Below are positions 1-8,842 of a stretch of DNA of 29,981 nucleotides, in pieces. A program made the translations under genes and the position numbers. Origin of the DNA: Armatimonadota bacterium (GTDB lineage Bacteria; Sysuimicrobiota; Sysuimicrobiia; Sysuimicrobiales; Humicultoraceae); the NCBI GenBank assembly GCA_052386995.1, contig JBQTJP010000092.1:1-29981 (forward strand). The letters are read 5' to 3'. The notes under the pieces were generated by a model. The model had not been told where the DNA came from, searched no databases, and was given only the letters and a program-made list of their open reading frames with translations. How positions within the stretch are numbered: the stretch's first letter is position 1; every line of letters starts with the position of its first letter.

Positions 1-396
<396 letters not shown>

Positions 397-411
397 CTAG
401 GGAGAATAGAG

Positions 412-479
412 CCTGTCGTGGAGCGCGGTCTCCGTGACAGGTACCGGCGGTACTCCTTACCACTATGAGGTTGTTAAGG
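412..479 (+). other. 16S trailer: hairpin plus probable 3' strand of the 16S processing stalk
   Basis: CCTGTCGTGGAG(412-423)/CTCCGTGACAGG(430-441) stem. CACTATGAGGTTGTTAAGG (461-479) is complementary in type to boxA-containing rRNA leader sequence; the 16S leader itself is outside the window. Confidence 0.55.
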
Positions 480-516
480 CGAAGCCCGCTCTGAATCGGA
501 GCGGGTTTCGTTTTTT
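480..516 (+). terminator. Rho-independent terminator closing the 16S transcript
   Basis: 14-bp stem CGAAGCCCGCTCTG/CGGAGCGGGTTTCG (two G.U pairs) followed by T6. Confidence 0.9.
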
Positions 517-640
517 GGGAATCACGCTCTTACGGACCCGAAAAATGCGCGGAAACTGGCCGATGGAAAGGACGATGGAGAGTGCGCAAGTCTCGAATGA
601 AATTCTCGCCGAAATCAATGGCGCGGCGCTGTGTGAGTGC

Positions 641-915
641 GAGGCTAATCTCGCGGGGCCAAGCGTGACGAACGTTTAATCGCCTGCACCGAACCCTGCG
701 CATCTCGCAGGCAGAACCGCAGTGGCTCCTTTTGTTACAAGTGATCTTCCGCAAACTCGGACATCGAAGTTGGATCTACCGAGAGGGAAAGCGAAATGTG
801 TGGTCATCGAAAGTTCTTACCGGCTGGCTGACCCAGGAGAACTCCGTGCGTCTAAGGCGGAGATGGCATTCGTACGTGGATACTTCGACGCCGAGGGTGG
901 CGTGCCGAAGTCTGA
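641..915 (+). pseudogene. Frameshifted, truncated double-motif LAGLIDADG homing endonuclease
   Basis: Joining frames gives EANLAG..RD.TFNRLHRTLRISQAEPQWLLLLQVIFRKLGHRSWIYREGKRNVW/VIESSYRL...AFVRGYFDAEGGVPKS. Second motif RGYFDAEG is clear; several 1-nt indels; C-terminal part absent. Confidence 0.8.
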
Positions 916-1088
916 CCCAAGTGGTGGTCACAGACGAGAGAGCAAATGTGAAGCAATTAAGTATTCATGTCGGTGCGATTATCAAGGTACACAAAGACAA
1001 CAACAAGATCACGATCGTCGGTAAAAGACGCATCTGCACGTACTTTGTCAAGACGAATGAGCTCATTTGCGTACCTCCTCTCTAATGT

Positions 1089-1150
1089 TGACCTTTAGAG
1101 ACTACGCGCCGACGTCCGGTTGGGGGACCGGATGAAGAGATAATCCGGGC
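1089..1150 (+). other. Degenerate group I intron core fragment (R-P3'-P8-S)
   Basis: TGACCTTTAGAGACTACGCGCCGAC-[TCCGGT/ACCGGA stem]-TGAAGAGATAATCCGGGC aligns with 271-326 of the 16S intron. Confidence 0.85.
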
Positions 1151-1257
1151 TTGGATCTTTTAGATAACCTGCAGCACCCAAAGCCATCGGACCGTTGCGG
1201 CGCCCGGGACATTGGCATCGGAAGGGCGGGGAGATCCAAAGACGCTGGAGAGACGGC

Positions 1258-1953
1258 TCAGTAGGTGCCTGGCCTGATTTCCTTGTAGACGGCCTTGAGA
1301 CGATCCACCGAGAACTCTGGTGACCTGCACACGTCAATGATCCGGCGCTCTTCCGCCTCGATCGTCGCGGCGGCGTCGGAGATCCGGTCGGCAACCTCGA
1401 GCGGGATGGTGACCGCGCCATGCTGGTCTGCATGGATCAGATCGCCGGGCTGGATCCATACTCCGCCGACCTTGACCGGGATTCCGAAATCGACCAGGTG
1501 AACGTTCGCGTGCGAGACCGAGACGTGCGCCGCACAGAATTGGAATCCCAGCGCGCGGACCTCGTCAAGGTCGCGGACCGAGCCGTCCGTGACCACGCCC
1601 GCGCAGCCCAGCGCCTTGTGAATGTTCGCCTGGACTTCGCCCCACTGCGCGCCCTGACCGCGCGGGTCGTCCAGATCGTGCACGACGATCACTCGCGGCG
1701 CTAGAGTCGAGAGGACGTAGTCCCAATAAGCGAAGGTGCTGGCCCGGTGGCCCTCGACCGACCCACGCTCGGCGCGTATGAGCGCTGTGACAGCGTAGCC
1801 GACAATCGAGCCGAGTTCGGCAAAAAGCCCCCGGATCTCGGAAGATAGGTTGCCGGTCTCGCGCGGCCTGATCTTGAACGCTTCGATCGCGTTTGCAATC
1901 GTTGGACTTGACAGTCGCTTCAGGGCGGCTATCTGTTCTGGCTCAAGGGCCAC
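1258..1953 (-). CDS. RraA-like / HMG aldolase family protein
   Basis: SSPTIANAIE, IVGYAVT, AQWGEV, GVVTDGSVRD, PGDLIHADQHG motifs. Start reassigned to GTG 1953 with GGAGG upstream. Confidence 0.88.
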   Translation of the reverse strand: MALEPEQIAALKRLSSPTIANAIEAFKIRPRETGNLSSEIRGLFAELGSIVGYAVTALIRAERGSVEGHRASTFAYWDYVLSTLAPRVIVVHDLDDPRGQGAQWGEVQANIHKALGCAGVVTDGSVRDLDEVRALGFQFCAAHVSVSHANVHLVDFGIPVKVGGVWIQPGDLIHADQHGAVTIPLEVADRISDAAATIEAEERRIIDVCRSPEFSVDRLKAVYKEIRPGTY

Positions 1954-2185
1954 TCGCTTCCTCCCGTTCCCGGCCTCAAGATCGTCAGGGTAACTACTCA
2001 TCGATTGACTGTCCCTACCCGGAAATCCTATCCGGACCAACGTCGAGTGCTGTCGGATCCCGAGGCATGATTGAAGGAGGCGGCAGCATGAATGGGCAAG
2101 ACATCCAGTTACCCGGCTACACAATCGGCTGCGGCGAACGCGCACGCGCAATGCCGCCAAGCCTCTACGGCACACGGAGAACGCT

Positions 2186-2974
2186 ATGGCCGCAACCCAG
2201 CGTGACAAGGCCACCCGCTTCAAAGCGCTACACCAGGGGCCAGGAGCGTTTGTGATTCCAAACCCGTGGGACGCGGGCTCCGCGCGCCTTCTCGCGGGGC
2301 TTGGTTTCCAGGCGCTGGCGACGTCGAGCGGCGCCTCCGCTGGCGTTCTCGGCCGCCGTGACGGTCAGGTGACGCGCGAGGAGGCGCTGGCGCACGCGCG
2401 CGCAATAGTCGCGGCAACCGACCTCCCCGTGTCGGCCGATCTGGAGAAGGGCTTTGGTGACGCGCCAGCCGTCGCGGCAGAAACCATCCGCCTTGCCGCT
2501 GAGGCGGGGCTGGTCGGCGGGTCGATTGAGGATGCGACCGGCGACAAAGACAAGCCGCTCTACGACATTGGACACGCGACCGAACGCGTACAGGCGGCGG
2601 CGGAGGCGGCGCGGGCGCTTCCTTTCTCATTTATCTTGACCGCCCGCACAGAGAACTTCTTGCGCGGCAATCCGGACCTGGAGGACACGATCAATCGGCT
2701 GCAGGCCTTTGAGAGGGCGGGCGCCGACGTGCTGTTCGCACCGGGACTGCCCGACCTGACATCCGTGGGTGCCGTCTGCTCCGCGGTATCGAAGCCGGTC
2801 AACTTCATGGTAGGCATCAAGGGCAAGTCATTCAGTGTCGCGGAGTTGGAGGCGGCCGGCGTCAGGCGAATCAGCCTCGCCACCTCGCTGTATCGCGCGG
2901 CGATGAGCGGCCTGCTCGAAGCCGCCCGGGAGGTGAAGGAAAAGGGCACGTTCGGCTACCTCGACCATTCTTGA
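2186..2974 (+). CDS. Isocitrate lyase/PEP mutase family protein; C-terminus apparently shortened by a 1-nt deletion near 2970
   Basis: PNPWDAGSA, ALATSS, PVSADLEKGFG, GGSIED, AGADVLFAPG, RISL motifs. The shifted frame continues LTTPELNGFMQTIS* to 3014. Confidence 0.93.
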   Translation: MAATQRDKATRFKALHQGPGAFVIPNPWDAGSARLLAGLGFQALATSSGASAGVLGRRDGQVTREEALAHARAIVAATDLPVSADLEKGFGDAPAVAAETIRLAAEAGLVGGSIEDATGDKDKPLYDIGHATERVQAAAEAARALPFSFILTARTENFLRGNPDLEDTINRLQAFERAGADVLFAPGLPDLTSVGAVCSAVSKPVNFMVGIKGKSFSVAELEAAGVRRISLATSLYRAAMSGLLEAAREVKEKGTFGYLDHS

Positions 2975-3007
2975 CCACGCCGGAGTTGAACGGCTTCATG
3001 CAAACCA
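2934..3007 (+). repeat. Direct repeat copy 1 (3' end of ICL/PEP mutase gene)
   Basis: 67/75 aligned positions identical to 4326-4400 (manual alignment). Confidence 0.92.
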
Positions 3008-3039
3008 TTTCGTGAAGGATGTGCATGCAGACCGTCAAG

Positions 3040-3163
3040 GGGTTCACCCCTGAGAGATTGCCCGTCGGCATCCAGATCGTCAGCCGATACCGCGACGGGT
3101 CTCGGCGTCCTGCAAATTGCCGGTGCGTTCGGGCAGGCGACCGGCTTCGGAGAGGAGCGCTAA
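3040..3163 (+). pseudogene. C-terminal fragment of an amidase-signature family gene
   Basis: GFTPERLPVGIQIVSRYRD, then frameshift to LGVLQIAGAFGQATGFGEER*, resembling the GLPVGxQIVG...D..vL..a.afE amidase tail. Confidence 0.7.
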
Positions 3164-3177
3164 CTCCGAGAGAGCAT

Positions 3178-4317
3178 ATGCACATGCCGCACAATCGAAT
3201 CCAGATGGCAGGCATGGTCGCCGTGCTGCTGGTGCTCCAGGCGATTCTGCCGGGGCCGGCCGCTGCGGAAATCGGCGACATCTCAGTCGGTGGGGTGTGG
3301 ATTTGTCGCCTCACAACAGGGGCGTCGGGGATGACGCTGGAGCAGCGCGTTACGCAGATCAATCAGCGGATCACCGACGTGCTGAGTCTGCCTGAACTCG
3401 GGCGACGGCAGATCCTTGTTGAGGTGCGCCCGGTCGGGGCGGCTGCGGCGATCGTCGTGGCCGAGATCACTATCATGACCGTGATCTCGGAGGATACCAC
3501 CGGCACCGGCGTGGCCGCACACGAGGTCGCGAACCAGTGGGCCGCGCGCTTGGCACAGGGGCTGCGGCGCGCGCTCCCGGGCCGTGAAGTCATCACGCGG
3601 ATGCATGTGCAGCCGCCCGTCCCTCGCCCCAAAGAGGTTAGATGGCTTGCTGGGATCACCTGGTACTGGCAGGGCACACTGATGCACGACGGTAGCCAGT
3701 TCATACCCGACGACCGGCGGCGATATACGGTGTTCTTCTCCCGGCACGCGCGAGTGGCAGTGCGGGCCGACTGCAACCGGGGAGTGGGGCGCTACGTGCT
3801 CCGCGGCCGGGTCCTGACGATATCCGGGCTCGCGCTGACCAAAGTGGCCTGTCCGCCCGGGTCACTGGAGCGGCGCTTCCTTGCCCAGCTGAATGACGTC
3901 GGCAGTCTCTTCCGGCGCCGCGAACTTCTGCATCTTAAGATCAAGTACGACTCAGGGGCGATGACGTTCGGCAAGGTACTTTCAGAGGCATACGTGACCG
4001 GGACGGTCACCTACCGTCAGCGCATCGCGCTGCCTCCCGACGCGGTCCTGAACGTGCAATTGCGGGATGCGTCAAAAGCCGACGCCCAGGCCAACGTATT
4101 CGGTCGGCGGACCATCATCACTGGCGGCCGCCAGGTGCCGCTCGCCTTCGAGATCAGGTACGATTCAAGCCGGATCAGTGCGAACGCGACAGTCATTGTA
4201 AGCGCGACGATTTCGATGGGCGGCAGGTTGCTGTTTACGACGGCCACCGTTCAGCGCGTCATCACCCGAGGGTATCCAAGCAAAGGAATCGAGGTTATTC
4301 TCGAGCCTGTGAGATGA
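3178..4317 (+). CDS. Secreted protein: N-terminal unknown domain + META (HslJ) domain + YbaY-like domain
   Basis: Signal peptide (MVAVLLVLQAILPGPAAA). META: DCNRGVGRY...TKVACPPGSLERRFL. YbaY: VTGTVTYRQRIALPPDAVLNVQLRDASKADA. Start moved past the amidase relic (3178 or 3184). Confidence 0.8.
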   Translation: MHMPHNRIQMAGMVAVLLVLQAILPGPAAAEIGDISVGGVWICRLTTGASGMTLEQRVTQINQRITDVLSLPELGRRQILVEVRPVGAAAAIVVAEITIMTVISEDTTGTGVAAHEVANQWAARLAQGLRRALPGREVITRMHVQPPVPRPKEVRWLAGITWYWQGTLMHDGSQFIPDDRRRYTVFFSRHARVAVRADCNRGVGRYVLRGRVLTISGLALTKVACPPGSLERRFLAQLNDVGSLFRRRELLHLKIKYDSGAMTFGKVLSEAYVTGTVTYRQRIALPPDAVLNVQLRDASKADAQANVFGRRTIITGGRQVPLAFEIRYDSSRISANATVIVSATISMGGRLLFTTATVQRVITRGYPSKGIEVILEPVR

Positions 4318-4325
4318 GAATGTCA

Positions 4326-4400
4326 TGAAGGAAAAGGGCACGTTCGGCTCCCTTGACAGTTCCTTGACTACGCCGGAGTTGATCGGCTTCATGAAAACCA
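4326..4400 (+). repeat. Direct repeat copy 2: orphan 3' end of an ICL/PEP mutase allele
   Basis: Encodes KEKGTFGSLDSSLTTPELIGFMKTK* in an intact frame. Confidence 0.92.
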
Positions 4401-4408
4401 AGTAGCAG

Positions 4409-5107
4409 ATGCCCACCTGCTACTGGACACGGTGTACGTGCCCTGACCAGCAGCCCTGCAGGGAACACGCTGGATGGAACTGCGGGCGGTGGGGGAACGT
4501 CGTCGTGCGGGATCTCGCTCAGATCAGCGACGCGGTCACCCGTGATGCCGAGCGCGCCTTGGTCGCCCTCGACCGTGACCGGAACCGCGTAAGGACGATA
4601 GAGCGCGAGCTCGAACGCAAGCGTGACGAGCTCGAGCGGGAACGGCAGGAGCTCGAGCAGGAACTTCGTGCGGCGCGCACGGTCGCCGAGAGGCGGGTCG
4701 TCGGCCAAAAAGCCCAGCAGGCGCTCGACAGGCTTCCTCAAGTGAATCAGGAACTCCAGCAGATCATGGCCGACCTGAGCGCGTTGTCCTCCAGGGTGAC
4801 CGCGGTGGGCGGTGCGATCTCGACCTTCCTCATCGTCCCCTACTCAAGTCCGAACGGCTATTGCTCCTGCTATGACGACAAGCGCAACCGTTTGGCGGCG
4901 CTCGCGGGCCAGCGGGCGCAACAGATGGCCAACCTTGCGCCGCTTCTGCGACAACGGGGAGCCCTGGCTGCGCAGATCCTGCCGTTGTTCAGCGCGATCC
5001 CAAACCCGCCCGGCATTCCGGCTGCGACGGCGCCTGCAGTCATAGACGAGAATGCGTGGTGGGCCGAGACCACCACGCCGGAGCTTCCAGCGCCCGAGAA
5101 CGACTAG
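4409..5107 (+). CDS. Hypothetical protein: Cys-rich N-terminus and long coiled coil
   Basis: 232-aa ORF; CYWTRCTCPDQQPC..HAGWNC, an E/R/Q heptad-rich stretch, YCSCY. Confidence 0.6.
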   Translation: MPTCYWTRCTCPDQQPCREHAGWNCGRWGNVVVRDLAQISDAVTRDAERALVALDRDRNRVRTIERELERKRDELERERQELEQELRAARTVAERRVVGQKAQQALDRLPQVNQELQQIMADLSALSSRVTAVGGAISTFLIVPYSSPNGYCSCYDDKRNRLAALAGQRAQQMANLAPLLRQRGALAAQILPLFSAIPNPPGIPAATAPAVIDENAWWAETTTPELPAPEND

Positions 5108-5193
5108 CCGGACGGGCGTTCTCTTTTCCCGGACTCGGCATCTTGCAATAATGGGCTGGTTGGACGCTACATCCGTGCCATGAGGAGACCGGA

Positions 5194-6183
5194 ATGACGA
5201 GGCAATGGACCTCTCCGCCGCCGATGGCGGTCGATCCCAAGAAGAAGTACCGAGCCCGGATGCAGACCGCCAAGGGCGTGATCACGGTGGAGCTGCATCC
5301 GCAACACGCGCCCAAGACCGTGAACAACTTCGTCTTTCTCGCGCGCGAGGGCTTCTACGACGGCATTACGTTCCATCGTGTGATCGCAGACTTCATGATC
5401 CAGACCGGCGATCCGACCGGCACGGGGCGCGGCGGGCCCGGGTATCGCTTCGAGGATGAGACCAAGGCAAATCCACTCCGGCACGAGACCGGAGTCGTCT
5501 CGATGGCCAATGCTGGGCCGAACACGAATGGGAGCCAGTTCTTCATCACCCACGCTCCACAGCCCCATCTTGATGGCCGGCACACGGTGTTCGGCAAAGT
5601 CGTCGATGGCCAGGATGTCGTCAACGCGGTTCGGCAAGGCGATCGATTGAGCAAGGTAGAAATCGACGAAACCGAACATGGCCTTCTAAGAGGGCGTGTT
5701 CAACTTGCTCCGTACACCGCCGAGTGGATACAGTGCTTTGAGGCGGAGAAGGCGCTCTTGCAGGCCGTTGTCGGCACGTACGTACTCGATATTCAGCACG
5801 TGGGCAGTACGGCGATTCCTGGGATGACCGCGAAGCCAATCATAGACATCGGCATAGCGGTAGTGAACTTTGAGCGTGCGCGAGTGTGTATCCCGCCGGT
5901 CGAATCCCTGGGCTACACATACAGAGGGGAATGGGGGATTCCTCGGAGGCACTACTTCGTGAAGGGGGATCCGAGAACGCACCACATTCACATGAATGAA
6001 TTGGACAGTCGAGACTGGCAGAACCTAACCCTGTTTCGTGACTACCTGGTTGAGCATCCGCACCTGGCTACGGACTATGCCGCGCTCAAAACGGAACTAG
6101 CGGGGCGTTACCCGATGGATCGTGAGGCGTACCAACGGGGAAAAGCGCAATTCATTGCGCGGATCGTGGAGATGGCCGGATAG
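5194..6183 (+). CDS. Cyclophilin-type peptidyl-prolyl isomerase fused to a GrpB (UPF0157) nucleotidyltransferase-fold domain
   Basis: [51 protein letters not shown]; then [36 protein letters not shown]. Confidence 0.9.
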   Translation: MTRQWTSPPPMAVDPKKKYRARMQTAKGVITVELHPQHAPKTVNNFVFLAREGFYDGITFHRVIADFMIQTGDPTGTGRGGPGYRFEDETKANPLRHETGVVSMANAGPNTNGSQFFITHAPQPHLDGRHTVFGKVVDGQDVVNAVRQGDRLSKVEIDETEHGLLRGRVQLAPYTAEWIQCFEAEKALLQAVVGTYVLDIQHVGSTAIPGMTAKPIIDIGIAVVNFERARVCIPPVESLGYTYRGEWGIPRRHYFVKGDPRTHHIHMNELDSRDWQNLTLFRDYLVEHPHLATDYAALKTELAGRYPMDREAYQRGKAQFIARIVEMAG

Positions 6184-6204
6184 GCTAACATCTTTTGGAG
6201 GTAT

Positions 6205-6579
6205 GTGGAGTTGGCATCGATCAGATATATGGTCAAGGACGTTGACCGTGCAATAGCGTTCTACACTGAGCACTTGGGATTCAGGCTCAAACAGAGGATG
6301 GGTCCGAACTTTGCGTACGTTTTCAAGGACGACGTTACCCTTTGGCTCAGTGGACCGCAGAGTTCGGCCGCTCGCCCCATGCCTGACGGACGCCGCCCGG
6401 AACCCGGCGGGTGGAATCGGTTTGTCGTAGAAGTCAGCGACCTCCCCTCTCGCGTTGCCGAAATGAAAAAGGCAGGTATCCAATTTCGCAATGAAATCGT
6501 CGTCGGCCCCGGGGGGAAGCAAATCCTAGCGGAAGACCCAGATGGCAATCCGGTGGAGTTCTTTGAGCCCGCGTCGTAG
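6205..6579 (+). CDS. VOC (glyoxalase/bleomycin resistance) family protein
   Basis: RYMVKDVDRAIAFYTEHLGF...EDPDGNPVEFF; GGAGG RBS. Confidence 0.9.
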   Translation: MELASIRYMVKDVDRAIAFYTEHLGFRLKQRMGPNFAYVFKDDVTLWLSGPQSSAARPMPDGRRPEPGGWNRFVVEVSDLPSRVAEMKKAGIQFRNEIVVGPGGKQILAEDPDGNPVEFFEPAS

Positions 6580-6598
6580 TCCAGGTTAAGGAGTAGCG

Positions 6599-6985
6599 AT
6601 GAGTTCGTCGCACAAGCCTCGAGGGTACACTAGCGTCTCGCCCTACCTGATCGTCGACGGTGCGACCCACACGATTGACTTCCTCAAGCGCGTTTTCGAC
6701 GCTGTCGAACTGCGCCGGTTCCCCGACTCGACCGGCAAGCTCATGCACGCCGAAGTGCGTATCGACGATACGGTGGTGATGCTCGCGGACGGAGGCCCTG
6801 GCTGGCCGCCGATGTCATCCCACGTGCATGTCTACGTTTCGGACGTCGACGGGACATACCGGCGTGCCCTGGAGGCGGGCGCCACATCGGTGCAGGAGCC
6901 GGTGAAGAAGGACGACCCGGACAAACGGGGTGGGGTCAAGGACTCAGGGGGTACGACGTGGTGGATCGCCACGAAGGTGGAATAA
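6599..6985 (+). CDS. VOC family protein (PhnB-like)
   Basis: VSPYLIV, MHAEVRIDD, VSDVDGTYRRALEAGA, RGGVKDSGGTTWWIA. Confidence 0.9.
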   Translation: MSSSHKPRGYTSVSPYLIVDGATHTIDFLKRVFDAVELRRFPDSTGKLMHAEVRIDDTVVMLADGGPGWPPMSSHVHVYVSDVDGTYRRALEAGATSVQEPVKKDDPDKRGGVKDSGGTTWWIATKVE

Positions 6986-6992
6986 CCAGACT

Positions 6993-7289
6993 ATGCGATG
7001 GGTTGCGATCCTCGAGGACAACGAAGGCTACGATGCGATCCGGAAGGAGCACTCCTCGGCGCACTTCGAGTATCTGGCCGCGAACCGCGACAAGATCGTG
7101 ATCGCGGGCGGTCTGCGCCCCGCGCCCAACGAATGGTACTGCGGCGGGCTCTGGGTGCTTGAGGTCGACTCGAAGAGCGAGGCCGTCGGTCTGATCGAGG
7201 GCGATCCGTACTTTCGGTTGGGCCTTCGCAAGAGCTATCGTTTGCTCACCTGGGGCAAGGCGCCCTGTTATGAGATAGTGAACTTGTAG
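6993..7289 (+). CDS. YciI family protein
   Basis: IRKEHSSAHFEYL, IAGGL, GGLWVL, DPYF; ATG at 6993. Confidence 0.85.
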   Translation: MRWVAILEDNEGYDAIRKEHSSAHFEYLAANRDKIVIAGGLRPAPNEWYCGGLWVLEVDSKSEAVGLIEGDPYFRLGLRKSYRLLTWGKAPCYEIVNL

Positions 7290-7840
7290 TGATGCTTTGG
7301 ACGTTCGAGCCGGGACATACGGCCGCCGAGTTCTCGGTAAGGCATATGATGGTCAGCTACGTCCGCGGGCACTTCAAGAATATCCACGGCACGTTGGAAT
7401 TCGACCCGGCTCGCCCAACGATCTCGCGTGTCGAGGCCGTCATTGACGCTCGCGGGCTCTGGAGCGGTGAGCCAGATCGCGATGCTCACCTGAAGAGCCC
7501 TGACTTCCTTGACATAGAGCGTTTTCCCGAGATCACCTTCGTTGGCACTGATGTCCGCGTCCGAGGACCCAACGAGGGCGTTGTCCGGGGCGAGCTCACC
7601 ATTCGGGGAGTGACACGGCCAGTGGAGATGGAAGTGCACTATCTCGGACAGTGGCAGACACCATGGTGGGAGGACGGCGTTGACAAGGGGCCAAAGACAC
7701 GCGCGGGATTTCTGGCCACCGCACGGATCAAACGTCATGACTTTGGCGTCAGCTGGAACAGCCCTCTCGATCACGGTGGTATCGTTGTCGGGGAAGAGGT
7801 CGCCATCACGATCGATGTCGAGGCGATCCTCGAGTCCTAG
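7289..7840 (+). CDS. YceI family (polyisoprenoid-binding) protein
   Basis: HTAAEFSVRHMMVSYVRGHF, RDAHLKSPDFLD, GELTIRGVTRPV, RHDFGVSWN. Confidence 0.92.
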   Translation: MMLWTFEPGHTAAEFSVRHMMVSYVRGHFKNIHGTLEFDPARPTISRVEAVIDARGLWSGEPDRDAHLKSPDFLDIERFPEITFVGTDVRVRGPNEGVVRGELTIRGVTRPVEMEVHYLGQWQTPWWEDGVDKGPKTRAGFLATARIKRHDFGVSWNSPLDHGGIVVGEEVAITIDVEAILES

Positions 7841-7851
7841 GGGCCGGGACC

Positions 7852-8349
7852 ATGCAGCTGCGGATTCTTGAAGCAGATTTCGGCAACCCCGCGCACTGTG
7901 CGGGAATCGTCGAGGTACTGAACACCTATGCGGCCGATCCGGTCGGTGGCGGGCAGGCTCTAGCCTCGGAGGTCCGGGAACGCCTCGTGCCCACACTCCG
8001 AGACCACCCCACTGCGCTGGTGCTGCTTGCACTCGTCGATCAGCGGCCCGCCGGCGTTGCGGTGTGTTTCTTTGGGCTCTCCACGTTCCAGGCGCGACCC
8101 CTCCTTAACATTCACGACCTGGCAGTCGTTCCTGAGCACCGCAGAAAGGGTATTGGTCGGGCCCTCCTCGCCGCCGCGGAGGAGCGTGCCATCGAGCACG
8201 GCTGCTGTAAGCTCACGCTCGAAGTCCAGGACGACAACGGCCGAGCACGAGCCCTCTACGAGAGCTTCGGGTTCTCCGACTTCGTCGTGGGCAATTCGGC
8301 GCCCACGCGTTTTCTCACGAAACCTCTACGTGCGTCGGTCCGATCGTGA
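7852..8349 (+). CDS. GNAT family acetyltransferase
   Basis: NIHDLAVVPEHRRKGIGRALL, KLTLEV, ARALYESFGF. Confidence 0.92.
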   Translation: MQLRILEADFGNPAHCAGIVEVLNTYAADPVGGGQALASEVRERLVPTLRDHPTALVLLALVDQRPAGVAVCFFGLSTFQARPLLNIHDLAVVPEHRRKGIGRALLAAAEERAIEHGCCKLTLEVQDDNGRARALYESFGFSDFVVGNSAPTRFLTKPLRASVRS

Positions 8350-8385
8350 CTACCTCGGCCGACAGCTGAGCGGAAAGAGGGACCC

Positions 8386-8808
8386 ATGCAGCTTCAGGAT
8401 TTCTACCCGATCATCGTGACCGAGCACGTGGCGAGCTGTCGTGACTTCTACCGGCGCTGGTTCGGGTGCGAGGTCGCGTTTAAAGCCAGCTGGTTCGTTC
8501 TGCTCAACGGCGGCCCAGGTGCGAGAGCACACCTCGCATTCATGCACCCGAGCCATCCGTCGGCCCCACCCAGGCCCGAACCGTTCACCGGTCAGGGAAT
8601 GTGCCTGGAGTTTCAGGTGGCGGATGCCAACGTCGAATACGAGCGGTTTGTTCGCGGTGGCGTACCGCTCGCTCTAACGCTCCGAGATGAGCCATTCGGT
8701 CAGCGCCGCTTTGGCCTGTTCGACCCTGCGGGGGTCTGGATCGATGTCGTGCAGCAGATCGAGCCGGCGGCGGGATGGTGGGACAAGTACTTGGTGGAAC
8801 CGAGATGA
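8386..8808 (+). CDS. VOC family protein
   Basis: RDFYRRWFG, LRDEPFGQRRFGLFDPAGVWIDV. Confidence 0.88.
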   Translation: MQLQDFYPIIVTEHVASCRDFYRRWFGCEVAFKASWFVLLNGGPGARAHLAFMHPSHPSAPPRPEPFTGQGMCLEFQVADANVEYERFVRGGVPLALTLRDEPFGQRRFGLFDPAGVWIDVVQQIEPAAGWWDKYLVEPR

Positions 8809-8842
8809 CAGCGCCTTTTCGCTGCGACATGAAGGTGAGAAT

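Noticed and set aside
1954..2223. 90-codon N-terminal extension of the RraA-like ORF
   Set aside because: It overlaps the divergent gene; a good RBS and the family start lie at 1953
2088..2255. RBS plus ATG ORF MNGQDIQLPGYTIG...
   Set aside because: May be another gene stub, but it is short, overlaps the ICL start and has no identifiable family
3019..3177. N-terminal extension of the META-YbaY ORF
   Set aside because: Explained by the amidase relic; the signal peptide begins after 3178
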